56,089 bases of DNA, from positions 1,349,035-1,405,123 of the forward strand of contig BFEA01000008.1 in the NCBI GenBank assembly GCA_003427395.1, in the 5' to 3' direction. This stretch comes from Chara braunii (taxonomy: Eukaryota > Plantae > Charophyceae). Numbering within the stretch: the stretch's first letter is position 1; each line of letters opens with the position of its first letter. Position numbers and translations under genes: made by a program. Shown one piece after another: positions 36,047 to 48,757 of the stretch. The notes under the pieces were generated by a model that was given only the letters and a program-made list of their open reading frames with translations, had not been told where the DNA came from and made no database searches.

Positions 36047-36721
36047 GACCGATTGATTGACCGCGTACGTGTTCGAATATCTGGCCATCGGGCCATCGGG
36101 CCATCGGGCATCGGGTCATCGGCGCTACCGGGGAACAAGCGATGACATGACGCTATCGGACTGGCGACTGTATGACGCATTGCTGCGCCGCATAGCAGTC
36201 CGAAGCCCGACGCAGGCACCAGATGACGGTGGTCATCAATCAACGAGTGGTGTTGATGAATCACCGGGCGAGCTGGTAGTTCCACGTGGCTCATGTCTTG
36301 CAACTTAAGTTCTACAATTTTGCCCCCTTGATAGTCGATCCTATTTGATTTTTTTTTTTGTTCTTTCTTTTTTGATTTTTTTTGGGTTCTTTCTTTTTGA
36401 AGCCCAGGTTGTTGTAGAGCATGGATCCTAGGGATATGTCAGTCACCTTCGGTAGTCGGGCACTTATGTGTACGTAACTACTAACTAGTAAGCATTGTGC
36501 GAAATTTATTATATGTATAATAATAAAAAAAAAGAAAAAAATAAGAAAAAAATAGTATATGTATGTATTTTAATGATGTGAGTACGAGTACCCCCTGTAA
36601 ATTGATTGATGTAAATAAATACATCATAGGGATCTCGTTCCAGGGAACGTTCAGAACTACTGCTGTACAGGCTGGCGGCGTCTGATTAACATAAGGAGAG
36701 GGGCGTCCAAGAAGATGATGT

Positions 36722-36808
<87 letters not shown>

Positions 36809-36812
<4 letters not shown>

Positions 36813-39175
36813 GCACAGGTGGGAAGCGATCGAGAGGGGGAAGGGGAGGGGGGGATGGCGGCGAAGGCAGAGCGGACAAGCGGCCTAAGCGCGCCAAGTC
36901 CAGGTATTATAGTGGTCCTCGAGATTACCATGCAACAGGGGTTCCTAAGGGGGTGGAGGGTTTTTTGATCAGCGTAGTTGGTGGGAAAGAGCAACCTGCG
37001 GGGAGGGAGGCCATCAACCTACTTGATGAATTCTGGGAGGCTTTAGGTGGGAAGGGAGAGGGAGAGCTTCCCCCATTTGTGTCTTCCTCCTCCCTCTCCC
37101 GACCGACCACCGCCACTGCTGCCTTCCCCCCCAGCAGCATGTCGACAGTTGCAAGCCGTAATGAAGCTGGCGTTGGAAGTCATCGCGGCGATGGCGGCGG
37201 CGGTGGCGGTCATGTTGAAAATGACGATGGCGGCGGCGGCGGTGGGGGGCATGTCAAGAAGGATGGAGAAAATGGCGATGGCGGCGGCGGCGGTGGGGGG
37301 CATGTCAAGAAGGATGGAGAAGATGGCGATGGCGGAGGGGGCGGCGGTCATCTTGAGAAGGATGGAGGAGATGGCGATGACGGAGGGGGCGGCGGTCATC
37401 TTAAGAAAGATGGAGGAGATGGCGATGGCGGCGGTCATGTCAAGGAGGATGGAGAAGATGGCGATGGTCGCGGTCATGAGAAGAAGGAGGGAGAAGATGA
37501 TGATGGCGGCGGCGGTGGGCATGTCGCTAAAGATGGACAAGATGACGATGGCGGCGGCGGCCGGCATCTTGAAAAGGATGCGGAAGATGGCGATGGTGAC
37601 AGCGGCGGCCGGCATGTCGAGAAGAAGGAAGCGCAAGATGCCGGCTATGGTGGCTGCGACGGGCATGTCAAAAAGGATGGAGAAGATGGCGATAGCGGCG
37701 GCGGCGGCGGCGATGGCGATGTCAAGATGGATGAGGAAGATGTACCTCTTGCTTCCGATGCGCGGGGAAGCGGGAAATGTCAAGAAATGATGGATATGAA
37801 GCCGAGCGCAAGTGATGTAGCAGGGGACGTCGAGCTGCCACGTGTGGCAATCATCAAGCAAGAAGCTGCGCCGACGTTGGATTTTAATGAGAATGAAAGC
37901 GGTGGCAACGACGACGATAGCGATGATGATGAAGAGGAGGAAGAAGAGGAGGAGAGTGATGATGAAGATGACCCCGCTGCCGCAGCCAACGATGATGATG
38001 ATGATGATGATGATGATGACGATGAAGAACTGGTTAAGGTTGAAGACGAGAAAGGGCATGTGAGATGGGTGAGCAAGAGAAGGGCCGTGGAACTAGAGAA
38101 GCAAATGCGGTCCAGGAATGCAGGGGAAGGAGAGAGCGGGACCACCAAAGCTTCTGAACCTGGAACAGGAACAAGACCAGGTGCAGGGCGGGCTGGAACT
38201 ATTGGAGTTGTGGACATTGATCAGATGCTACAGACCGAGATCGCCATCCTCAAAGACCCGAGTAAGGCGAGATTTAAAGCCATTGAAACGGGCTGTAAGG
38301 GGCTTGTGTTCATCCGGATGAAGAGGTCGGAGGATGAGAAGAGCTCGGGTACGCCTTCGCCTTGTGCAATTGTAGAGGCTGTGATGAAGACTGCAGCAGA
38401 GAGGAAAACGACAAAAACTAGGTACTGTCTCCGACTGCTTCCAGTCGAGATCACCTGCCGTGCGTCGCCGGAAGACGTAGTCAGGGCCGCGATCCCGCTC
38501 ATCCTGCGCGAATTTCCTGCCGCTGCTACTGCTACTGCGGCCAGCGCAACTGAAGAGGCAGGATTAGGAGGAGGAGGAGGAGGAGATGGAGGAGGAGAAG
38601 GGGGAGGAGGAGGAGGAAGAGATGGGGGAGGAGAAGGAGGAGGAGAAGGAGGAGGAGAGGTGGAATTGAAGCAGAAGGGGTTTAAGTATGCCATTGTATA
38701 TGAGGCGAGAGCGAATGACGGGTTGGACAGGATGTCCTTCATAACTGGCTTAGCCGCCGTGGTGCCAAAGGAGCACACAGTCAATCTTTCCAATCCGGAC
38801 AAGATCATTCTTGTTGAAGTGCTGAAGAGAACTTGTGGCATTGCTATCGTCAAGGATTTCAAGAAATATGCTAAGTATAATCTCCGCGTGGTGGCATCTG
38901 ATGTGGCAGAGGCAGAGCGGTCGTCTGGCATTGGGAGGAGAGAGGGGGGGGGAGGTGTAGGCGGTGGCGGTGGTGAAGGACGCGGAGGAAGAGGAAGGAA
39001 AGGAAGGGGAGGGAGAGGAGAGAGAGGAGGGAGGGGAGAGAGAGGAGGGAGGGGAGGGAGGGGAGGGGGCGGAGGAAAAGGAGAGGGAGGAGGGCGAGCC
39101 GAAGGAGAAAGCAATGGACAGACAAAAAAGGAGGAAGCAGGTGGGGAAGTGGAAGAAGGGATGGTAATCAGGTAG
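36809..39175 (+). CDS. THUMPD1: THUMP domain-containing protein 1 (THUMPD1/Tan1-like tRNA ac4C adaptor), 788 aa, single ORF
   Basis: N-terminal GFLISVVGGKEQPAGREAINLLDEF; IDQMLQTEIAILK..RFKAIETGCKGLVFIRM; TRYCLRLLPVEITC; THUMP domain KYAIVYEARANDGLDR...HTVNLSNPDKIILVEVLKRTCGIAIVKDFKKYAKYNLR. No stops or frameshifts. Confidence 0.92.
37181..37735 (+). repeat. Coding minisatellite, ~11 units of GGGG-H(V/L)(K/E)KDG(E)DGD
   Basis: Variable-length in-frame repeats cat gtc aag aag gat gga gaa gat ggc gat ggc ggc... Confidence 0.9.
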
Positions 39176-39724
39176 ATACGATCCGTCTGGGGATCTGGCT
39201 GCGGGAGTGACGTCAACCGAAAATAGCGAAGGGGTTAGAGTCAGAATGGGGGAAGGAATAGGGGGGGGCGGGGGGGGGGGACGAGGATGATGAACAAGGA
39301 GGGGGTGCAGACTAAGGGCCTCACTCAACTACTCAGCAGTTGATACGTATGTGGACCTTTTTATGTACCATGTGCATTTGGACTGCCCGAACATTTGGAA
39401 TGTAGTAGAACCACTGACACCCACTGTCAGCTGCACAGACACGTTGAGAAGTGTTGTGCAGTGGAGCGAGGCCTTGATTGAGATGGAATCGTTGGCATTG
39501 ACTGCTGAGAGCCTTGATTGAGATGGAATCGTTGGCATTGGCTGCTGAGATCCAGGACTGTGCCACGTGGATCAAGGAGAAGGGGAGGGGGGGAAAGAGT
39601 AACGAGGCCGGAGGAATGGTGGTAGCTGAGACGGGGAAGGAAGCAGGAGTGGGAAAGAGCAAGGAGGACAATGGGGCTAATTGAGAGATGGGTGGAGACA
39701 CTGGCAGTGGCTGGCGAGAGCCAG

Positions 39725-40447
39725 AAGTGTGCCACGTGGAAGAAGCTGAAATGGCAGTGATAACGGTTGGATCCATGTCTGACCGAGGGTTTGAACTGGT
39801 AACCTCTGAAGTGTCTGAGAAGGATGTGCCACGTGGAAGAAGCTGAAACTGCAGTGATAATGGTGGGATCCGCGTCTGAATGGGGGTTTGAACTAGTTAC
39901 CTCTGAATTATGTGGGAAGGATCCATGCCTGAATGAGGGTTTGAGCTGGTTACCTCTGAAGTGTCGGGGAAGGATGTGCTACGTGGAAGAAGCGCAAAAA
40001 ACAGCAGTGGTAATGGTCGGATCCGTGTCTGGTTGGGGGTTTGAACTGGTTACCTCTGAATTATCTGGGAAGGATCCATGTCTGAATGAGGGATTGAACT
40101 GGCTACCTCTGTCTGGGAACGATGTGCCACGTGGAAGAATCTGGGAAGGATCCATGTCTGACTGAGGGTTTGAACTGGTTACCTCTGTCTGGGAAGGATG
40201 TGCCACGTGGAAGAATCTGGGTAGGATCCATGTCTGAATGAGGGTTTGAACTGGTTACCTCTGTCTGGGAAGGATGTGCCACGTGGAAGAATCTGGGAAG
40301 GATCCATGTCTGAATGATGGTTTGAACTGGTTACCTCTGTCTGGGAACGATGTGCCACGTGGAAGAAGCGCAAAAAACAGCAGTGGTAATGGTCGGATCC
40401 GTGTCTGGTTGGGGGTTTGAACTGGTTACCTCTGAAGTGTCTGGGAA
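39725..40447. repeat. Modular minisatellite containing repeated TGCCACGTGG
   Basis: Shuffled modules gatgtgccacgtggaagaa, ggatccatgtctgaatgagggtttgaactggttacctctg and cagtggtaatggtcggatcc. Confidence 0.9.
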
Positions 40448-40912
40448 GTATTTGCCTGCACAACGCTTAGGTTGGCAGGGGCTGCATGCCGTTGCACTTT
40501 GTGCACGACTTCCAGGAGTTGCAGTTTCACTCTGTGGACAATCTCGTAGATTTTCTCTTGGTTCCCTCTCGTCTCGTTTTGAGAGATCTTTTTCCTCTTT
40601 TTTTTCGCTTTTGCAAAATAGACAGGTTGCTTGTCTTGATCGTTGACGATGTCTTTGTTTTTTTTTTGTTTTTTTTTTTCCAACCGACAATATCCAGTCC
40701 AGGAAGTAGAGGAAGAGTTTTTGTGTCTTCTCTGTTGGGCCTGTGTTGCCCGTGTATGGTCGCTGAATACACTCCTGGAATCGTGATCCCAGTGGTCAAT
40801 AGTTCAAATCCTGTCCTGCTTGATTTGATAAGAAGCATCTTATCTCTGTTCTCTTCCTTCTTCCTCCTGCTTCAAACTCTTTTTTGGGAGTCCCTGTATG
40901 GTGTCTGAATGA

Positions 40913-41510
40913 TCCATGGGTCCATGGCGACCCCTCGGGGACTCTGCACTGCCTACCCGGGACCATGACGAGCCCTCAGGGACTCTGCACTGCCTACCCA
41001 ATGTGCACACCTACCCGGGACCATGGCGAGCCCTCGGGGACTGCACTACCTACCCGGGACCATGGCGAGCCCTCGGGGACCATGGCGAGCCCGCGGGGAC
41101 CATGGTGAGCCCTCGGGGATTGCACTGCCTACCCGGGACCATGGTGAGCCCTCGGGGACTGCACTGCCTACCCGGGACCATGGCGAGCTCGGGGACCATG
41201 GTGAGCCCTCGGGGACTGCACTGCCTACCCGGGACCATGGCGAGCCCTCGGGGACTCTGCACTGCCTACCCGGGACCATGGTGAGCCCTCGGGGACCATG
41301 GTGAGCCCTCGGGGACTGCACTACCTACCGGGGGGGACTCTGCACTGCCTACCCGGGACCATGGCGAGCCCTCAGGTACCATGGTGAGCCCTCAGGGACT
41401 GCACTGCTTACCTGGGACCATGGCGAGCCCTCGGGAACTGCACTGCCTACCTGGGACCATGGCGAGGCCTCGAGGACCATGGCGAGCCCTCGGCGACTGC
41501 ACTGCCTACC
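40913..41510. repeat. Modular ~20/40-bp minisatellite
   Basis: gggaccatgg(c/t)gagccctcggggact(ct)gcactgcctaccc repeated with module drop-outs. Confidence 0.92.
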
Positions 41511-41570
41511 CTTTTTTGGCGGTTTATTGCTGTCCAAGGTGGAACGAGAAAGTGAAAAAAACACTTCGAC

Positions 41571-41630
41571 AGGGTCAGTTGGTACACCTACGAACTGGTG
41601 AAATATAGACCTGTGTTCGAAATCCACTGG
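41571..41630 (+). mobile_element. tRNA-like SINE head
   Basis: tcagttggtacacctacgaactggtgaaatatagacctgtgttcgaaatcc; homologous to 16413 and 54721. Confidence 0.5.
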
Positions 41631-42084
41631 AAACAGATGAGCGAAAACAAAGTTGAATACACGTGGGACGTGGGGCCATCAAGTTGGAGATGATAAACCG
41701 GCACCTTTTTTTCCTTTGTTTCTTCTTTTTTTTTTTTTCCTTTGTTTCTTTTTTTTGTTTTTTGTTTTTGTTTCTTTTTTAATCCACCAGTTCACACGAG
41801 CCTAGGGTGAGGAAGCTACCTTGTCAGGCTTGCGAGCATTTCCTTTTTTTTTTTTTCTTTGTTTTTTTTCTTTTCTTTTCTTTTTTCTTTGTTTCTTTTT
41901 TTATCCACCAGTTCACACGAGCCTAGGGTGAGGAAGGTACCTTGCAAGGGTTGCGAGCATGCAACTGCGCCTTTTGATATGGCCTGCTGCTTTTGACACT
42001 GGCGCGGGCCTGGGTGACCCGAATTGAAATGTCCTTACCACATAGACTGGTAAGAGCACTACTTGGGTTTGTGTGAACTGACGG

Positions 42085-43310
42085 TCAAAGGGAAGAGAGA
42101 AAGATAACGTCTACATGAAGCTCAGTTGGCTAGGCACACAAGTGGCATTCAGCTCAGTTTGCGAGGCACACAAGTGGTATTCAGCTCAGTTCACGAGACA
42201 CGCAAGCAGCATTCAGGAGGTCGTTCGTTCAGTCCCCACAGACCGCTACTTCGTGTTAACTGGTGGTTTAAACACACGGCCCCAGCCTTGCAGTCCGAAA
42301 CTTGTCACCGCATAGAGATTCGCGTTAACTGGCGGCTTAAACCACTTGTACACGGACGGCCCCAAGTAAACCGCTTGTACACGGCCCGAGCCTTGCAGTC
42401 CGAAACTTGTCGCCACAAGGGACCGCCACTTAGATATTCGTGTCAACTGGCGGCTTAAACCACTTGTACACGGACGGCCCCAAGTAACCGCTTGTACACG
42501 CCCCCAGCCTTGCAGTCCGAAACTTGTTGCCACAAGAAAACGAGGCTGAAATGTCAGACGCTCTTGTCGCCACAAGAAAACGAGGCCGAAATGTCAAATG
42601 CTGGGCCTGCCGTTGATAAATTGGATTGACGGTCGCATTTTCATTTTGTGCTTCCAGAATTCAAGGTGTCAGGCCCGCGGCCCAAGTGCCCATGTACTGG
42701 CACATTAAACCACCAGTACATGCCTACATTGCGCGGCGCTGGCGCAGACCTTTTTGGAGTAGGTGACAAACAATTCTCCACAAGGTTGGGGCCATGTACT
42801 AGTGGTCGAAGGGAAGAGAGACTAGTGGTTCAAGGGAAGAGAGACAGGTGACGTCTACACGAAGCTCAGTTGGATAGAGGCGCACAAGTGGCATTCAGCT
42901 CAGTTGGCTAGGCATGCAAGTGGCATTTGGGACGTCGTCGGTTCAATCACCACTGACGGCTTGGGCACGTCAATGGTGCACTTGGGACTTTTTCGGAGAA
43001 GGCGACGAACAATTCTTCACCAGGCGGGGGCCATGTACTAGCAGTTCAAGGGAAGAGAGACAGATGATGTCTACACGAAGTTCAGTTGGATAGGCACACA
43101 AGTGGCATTCAGCTTAGTTGGCAAAGGCGTGTAAGTGGCATTCAGGACGTCTTTGGCTCAATAATCCCCACTGACCGCCCGGGCACGCTTCGTGCCAACC
43201 AACTGAGATGGTTGGCTTGCTCCCCTCACCTCCGATTCTAGTGTGGTTGGCTTGCTCCCCTCCCCTCCGATTCTAGTGTGGTTGGCTTGCTCCCCTCACC
43301 TCTGATTCCA
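42085..43310. repeat. Nested tandem duplications
   Basis: aagggaagagag..gtctacacgaagctcagttgg..caagtggcattcagctcag at ~42088, 42832 and 43048; ~120-bp units at 42250-42540; 35-bp unit x3 at 43209-43310. Confidence 0.85.
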
Positions 43311-43458
43311 TCTTTCCCCTTCTTCTGCTGCTCTTTTCAGGCTGGTTCGGTTCGGAAGCTTCTCAGGAGGAGAGTCGCTGGGATCTTCCTTCCTGGGTTG
43401 TTTGCCCTCCTTCCAGACCGCCTACCCTGCTCCCAGTCATTCCTCCTTTTTCCTTCTA

Positions 43459-43563
43459 CCGTTTTCACCCGAATAGAACGCCCGGTCATTATAGCTGCAT
43501 TTGGCCCAACTTTCAGTCCAGATGCAGCGATAATGACCGGGCGTTCTATTCGGGTGAAGATGG
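43459..43563. mobile_element. Best-preserved copy of the ~105 bp mariner-like MITE
   Basis: TA-ccgttttcacccgaatagaacgcccggtcattat ... ataatgaccgggcgttctattcgggtgaagatgg-TA: long TIR with TA duplication. Confidence 0.8.
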
Positions 43564-43677
43564 TAGCTGTTACCTGCTTCACCCGTGGTCTCTGAGTTTG
43601 TGCCATTCCTCTCCTTCGTTTTCCAGTAGTCATCATCACTAGAGCTGGTATCTAAGATCCTCTTTTTTGGGGGGGTG

Positions 43678-43769
<92 letters not shown>

Positions 43770-46652
43770 CTGGTGCGACCACTGGCTACTGCTGCTCATG
43801 TTCATCCCACTCCCATTGTCACTGCTACTGCAAAGACTGCTACTCCTACTACTGTCTTAACCCCAAAAAGGAAAAAGGAGTATGGATATCCTTTTAACTT
43901 ACCTCTGAAAAACGGATTCGTAGTAATCGCTGTGTTATTTTCCAAACAGAACATATGTATGTTGTGTACGTAATGCTGAATTCGAAGACAATTTATGCAT
44001 GGACATCCTATTCAATTTACCTCTGAAAAAATGAGCTCTCAGAAATTGCTGTTTTATTTTCTGAATAGAACATATGTATGTTGTGTTCGAACTTCGAACA
44101 CAACGTATGCATGTTGTATTTGAATACCACGTACGTATGCTGTATTCGTATTCCAGGGTTGCAGCATTTCAATTTTTCAAACGACAAATAAAATTTTCGA
44201 AAATATGTTTAAATATCCTATATGTTATACAACATTGCAATGCAAACAAATTTTGCCTGAGGATAGTGTAGAAATTTGCAGCCAAAATGAAGAAAAAAAT
44301 GAAAAGAAGGGAAATCATCCCGGAAATGTGTATATTTTTTTACAGCAGACTCAGAGCAGAGATAATTTTGATTTTTTAGTCAGGAAACATTCTTACTTGA
44401 AAAAATCCAGGAAAAAACTAGTGTCGAATGTTGTAATACAAACAACTGTTGCGTAAGGCTGTTGTTGAAATTCACAACCAGATTCTGCTGAAGTGCCTTG
44501 CACAGCCTCGTGTGGCGTGACAAATATGTAAGGGATGCGGGACCTGTCTTACCGTTTATAATGGAATCGTCACCCTGTTGAGGAGGGGGGGGAAGGGGAG
44601 GCAATCACAAACAAATTCTGGAAAAAAAAGAGAGTATTGCACAAGGATTTGGGCCCTCGCTGAGGCTTGCAGCCTTTTTGAGGCCACCGGACTTACAAGC
44701 GGGCCTGGCATATTGCCCGGAGGCCGGATATGTTGAGCCTGGTGGTCTCGACCAGGGTCTGCGACAGCCCAGTGGCTGTGCGACCAGGTCCTCCACGGCT
44801 GCTGCCCAGCTCCTGGCTTCCTTGTCAGACATAAGCTCTCGAGTGTAGAGTCTGTCGACCAATCAGAGCCCAGGAACAGAAAGGTCCACTCACATGGTTG
44901 GGATTGAGCAAGCAATTTGCCCCCAGGCCAGTATCTGAATTGGGCGTGGGTGCACATACATGGGCCCGGTGTGAAGCTACTGGGAACTCTGCCAGGAGGC
45001 AAAGGCAGCCTGCAGTAGGCGAACACTTGACATATAGGCAAATACCCGCCTACAGAGGAACATTCGGCCTCGTGCGCTCTTGGACATCAGGGTCGGGGTG
45101 CTATGTGTGCTGAGCTGGGGCGCTGGATGGTGGACATAGCACACACGGGCCCTGGCGTGCCGGCACGGAGTCTGCCGTAGCTGGGCCGAACTCACTTGAG
45201 TCCTGTGCGGACGGACGGTGGTCCTTGGGTGAAGGGGGCGACACGTAAGAAGGGACAGACAAGGGATGAGAGATAGTGAGGGGACATACCTGGTTGTCGC
45301 GGAGGTCTTCATGGGTGACATCTGTTGCACCGTCATAGTTGGTATGATAGTTTAGGTGTCGTGAGTCTGTGGATTGGGCGCCATGCGCCAGCTTGAAGAG
45401 CGACGTTGGAACCTTGCTGGTGGGGGGGGGAAAAGAGGGGCTGACATTGACAATTCCGTTCATTGCTTTGCTAAGTTTGCTCTTATTGGTGTTTAATTGT
45501 TGCATTCTGCTTTCTGTGCGACACACAACTATCTGCTTTTCAATGTGATGACGAAGTTTGGATTTCTCGCTCTTGCTCATTTTCCTTGCAATCGCTGCTC
45601 TCTGAAAAAAAAGAAGAACCAGAGTGGCCTGGACCACTTTCGCAGCTGGGCCAAAAAGAAAGGAAAGAAAATTTAGAAAAAAGAAAAAAAGTATGATAAG
45701 CAATCGGACTGATGGCCCCCAGAATAGAAGGGGTTGGGAGTTTGTTTTGGGAAAAAAAAAAAAAAAAAAAAGTCAGCTGGACGTACCCTGGTTGCCTGGG
45801 ATTCTGGACAACCAATTTTCGGCCAATCTGAGAGCGACATGTTTTTCAAAAGTAGGGCGTGTCTGTGCGCGGAGCGGGGACCCCCTAGAAAACATTTCGG
45901 GTCAGTTTGAAGAAAACGAGAAAGAAAAAATAAAAACAGGTTGGGGTGGGGGTTCTGCTGCAGCTGCAGCTGCAGCTGCAAGAGCTGCAGGTACAGCTGC
46001 AGGCTGCAGCTGCTTCATTAGCTGCAGGAGGTGCAGCATCTGCGGCATCTGCAGCAGCTTCAACAGCTGCGGCGGATGTAACGGATACAGAGAGAAAAAA
46101 AAGGCTGCTGCGGCGGCTTGAGCAGCTGCAGCAGTTGCAGGAAGTGGAGCAGGTGCAGCAGCTGAAGCTGCTGCTGCTGCTGTAGCTACTGCAACAGTCG
46201 CAGCTGATGCAGCTATTGCACCTGCAGGTGCTGCAGAAGGTGCACTAGCTGCAAGGGGTGCAGCTGCAGCAGCTGCAGCAATTGTAATTGCCGCAGCGGA
46301 CAAAAATAACTTCAAATAAGTAAATAAAACGAAATATTGTTGAAGATGGTGGTGTCAAAAACATGCTCTTTAATTCCCGAAAACTGGGAAGGGTATACCT
46401 CACTTCACAAAGAACACGAAAGAAATTAAAAAGAATAAAAATAAAACTTTTAAGCCCCAAAATCAAAGAGACAGGGAAAAGGAAAACAAAAAAACAAAAT
46501 ATTGGCTCAGAGTCTCAGAGAGTATGTTTTTGACACGACCATCTTTGTTGTTGTTGTTGCTGTATTTTTTATTTTTATTTTTATTTTTGTTTTTATTTTT
46601 ATTTTTATTTTTACCTACTAATCTGGATGCCCCAAAAATGTATGGGCATATA

Positions 46653-46921
46653 CACAGCCCCTCGTTTGTTGTCCTCTTCTCTCTCTCTGCCTACGGTTTA
46701 CCGGGCAGTTCTGTTTGTGACGATATAAGCAGTTCTATTTGTGACGATATATATATATGACTATATATATAATCTGTTTGTGACGATATATATATCACAG
46801 CCCCTCGTTTGTTGTCCTCTTCTCCCTCTCTGCCTACGGTTTACCGGGCAGTTCTATTTGACGATATATATATATGAGTCGGTGAAACTCCGACGAAACA
46901 GTTTGTCACAGCCCCTCGTTT
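46653..46921 (+). mobile_element. Head-to-tail array of variably 5'-truncated hammerhead-associated repeats separated by (AT)n
   Basis: Units start at ~46653, 46729, 46773, 46795 and 46874. The first four end tttgtgacg(atat) or tttgacg(atat). The last carries ATGAG-TCGG-tgaaact-CCGA-C-GAAAC and runs into the gap. Confidence 0.8.
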
Positions 46922-47452
46922 NNNNNNNNNNNNNNNNNNNNNNNNNNNNNNNNNNNNNNNNNNNNNNNNNNNNNNNNNNNNNNNNNNNNNNNNNNNNNNN
47001 NNNNNNNNNNNNNNNNNNNNNNNNNNNNNNNNNNNNNNNNNNNNNNNNNNNNNNNNNNNNNNNNNNNNNNNNNNNNNNNNNNNNNNNNNNNNNNNNNNNN
47101 NNNNNNNNNNNNNNNNNNNNNNNNNNNNNNNNNNNNNNNNNNNNNNNNNNNNNNNNNNNNNNNNNNNNNNNNNNNNNNNNNNNNNNNNNNNNNNNNNNNN
47201 NNNNNNNNNNNNNNNNNNNNNNNNNNNNNNNNNNNNNNNNNNNNNNNNNNNNNNNNNNNNNNNNNNNNNNNNNNNNNNNNNNNNNNNNNNNNNNNNNNNN
47301 NNNNNNNNNNNNNNNNNNNNNNNNNNNNNNNNNNNNNNNNNNNNNNNNNNNNNNNNNNNNNNNNNNNNNNNNNNNNNNNNNNNNNNNNNNNNNNNNNNNN
47401 NNNNNNNNNNNNNNNNNNNNNNNNNNNNNNNNNNNNNNNNNNNNNNNNNNNN
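46922..47452. other. Assembly gap (N run)
   Basis: Directly visible. Confidence 0.99.
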
Positions 47453-48757
47453 CCAAAACAAAACAAAAAAGAAGATAAAAATGATTAGGGCGATATCCCG
47501 GGCGCCCGGGTCCCGATGTCACGCCCGGATTGGCGACCGGGTGACCGGCCGGGCATGTCCCCCGGGCATGGCCCCGGGCAGCCTCAGCAAAAAAAAAAAA
47601 AAAAAAAATCAAATCCAAAAAAATCTGAAAAAAAACTATGTTGTGTAGAATTGCAATACAAACAACTTTTGGCTGAGGGTCAGTTCAGAATTCCTCACAG
47701 AACTAAAGATAAAAAAGAAAATAACCATATCACACTAAGGCAACCCCCCTTTAAACCCCTTTAGCCCCTTTAAAATTCATTTACACTCCCCTTTCCCCCC
47801 CTTGACAGCGAACACTCAAAAAAAGAAAAGAGCCCGGATTTGGGCTCCTCTCGGAGAGCGCAGAAAAACCCCACCACCATTTTTTTTTTTTTGTTTTTTT
47901 TTTTGTTGTTGCCATGACCGGGCGTCATGCCCGGGTGACCGGCCGGTCATGAAAATCTTCCTATTAAAAAATCTGAAAAAAAATGCTGATTATTTTGTCT
48001 TGGCCTGGCTGGGCAAGTGGTTCCGGGCCACTCTGGTAGCAGAGGTTATAGGATTATTCGACGAGAGAATGACACCAACATTTGGCAACACATCTTCCAT
48101 GGAAATGTTGAATAGGAAAGCCTTAGGATGATTATCAACTGTCTGACCGTTAACAACATCAAATCAGAAATTTTGCCAGCCCTATATCTTGATGTCCATA
48201 TAGTGCATGACCTACAGCGTGCATGGCATATATAGCCAACTAGCCCTACTCTTGTTGTTGCTACCAATGCTAATCATGCTGCTGCTATGACTGCTGTTGT
48301 GAGTCCCATTGCTGCTTTCTACTGCTGCTGCTACCGCTGCAATTGCTGCGACTGCTACTGCACAGCTGCTGCATACTGCTGGTCCTGTTACTTGTGCTCC
48401 TAGTGTCCCCACTGCTGCTACTCGTTCAGCTGTTACTCTTGATATAGCTACCACTACTACTCTCGTTTCTGCTCCTGCTGCTACTCTTCCTATTGCGATG
48501 GGTCCTGCTACTGTTCCTGCTGCTACTACTTCCTCAGCTACCCATGCAACTCTTCCTTCTGGTGCTACTGTTGCTGCTACTGCTGCAATTGCAGCGACTG
48601 CTACTGGTACGACTGCTGCGTACTGCTGATCCTGTTACTTGTGCGCCTAGTGCTCCCAGTGCTGCTACTGCCGCTACTGCCGCTACTCGTTTTGCTGTTA
48701 CTCCTGCTGTGACTACCACTACTACTTCGTTTCTTCTCCTCCTGCTACTGTTCCTGC

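Noticed and set aside
38221-39328. Antisense ORFs over the THUMP gene
   Set aside because: Shadow frames of a purine-rich coding strand.
40913-41510. CRISPR-like regular array (also 39725-40447)
   Set aside because: No unique spacers, modules are reused, no cas genes, eukaryotic context.
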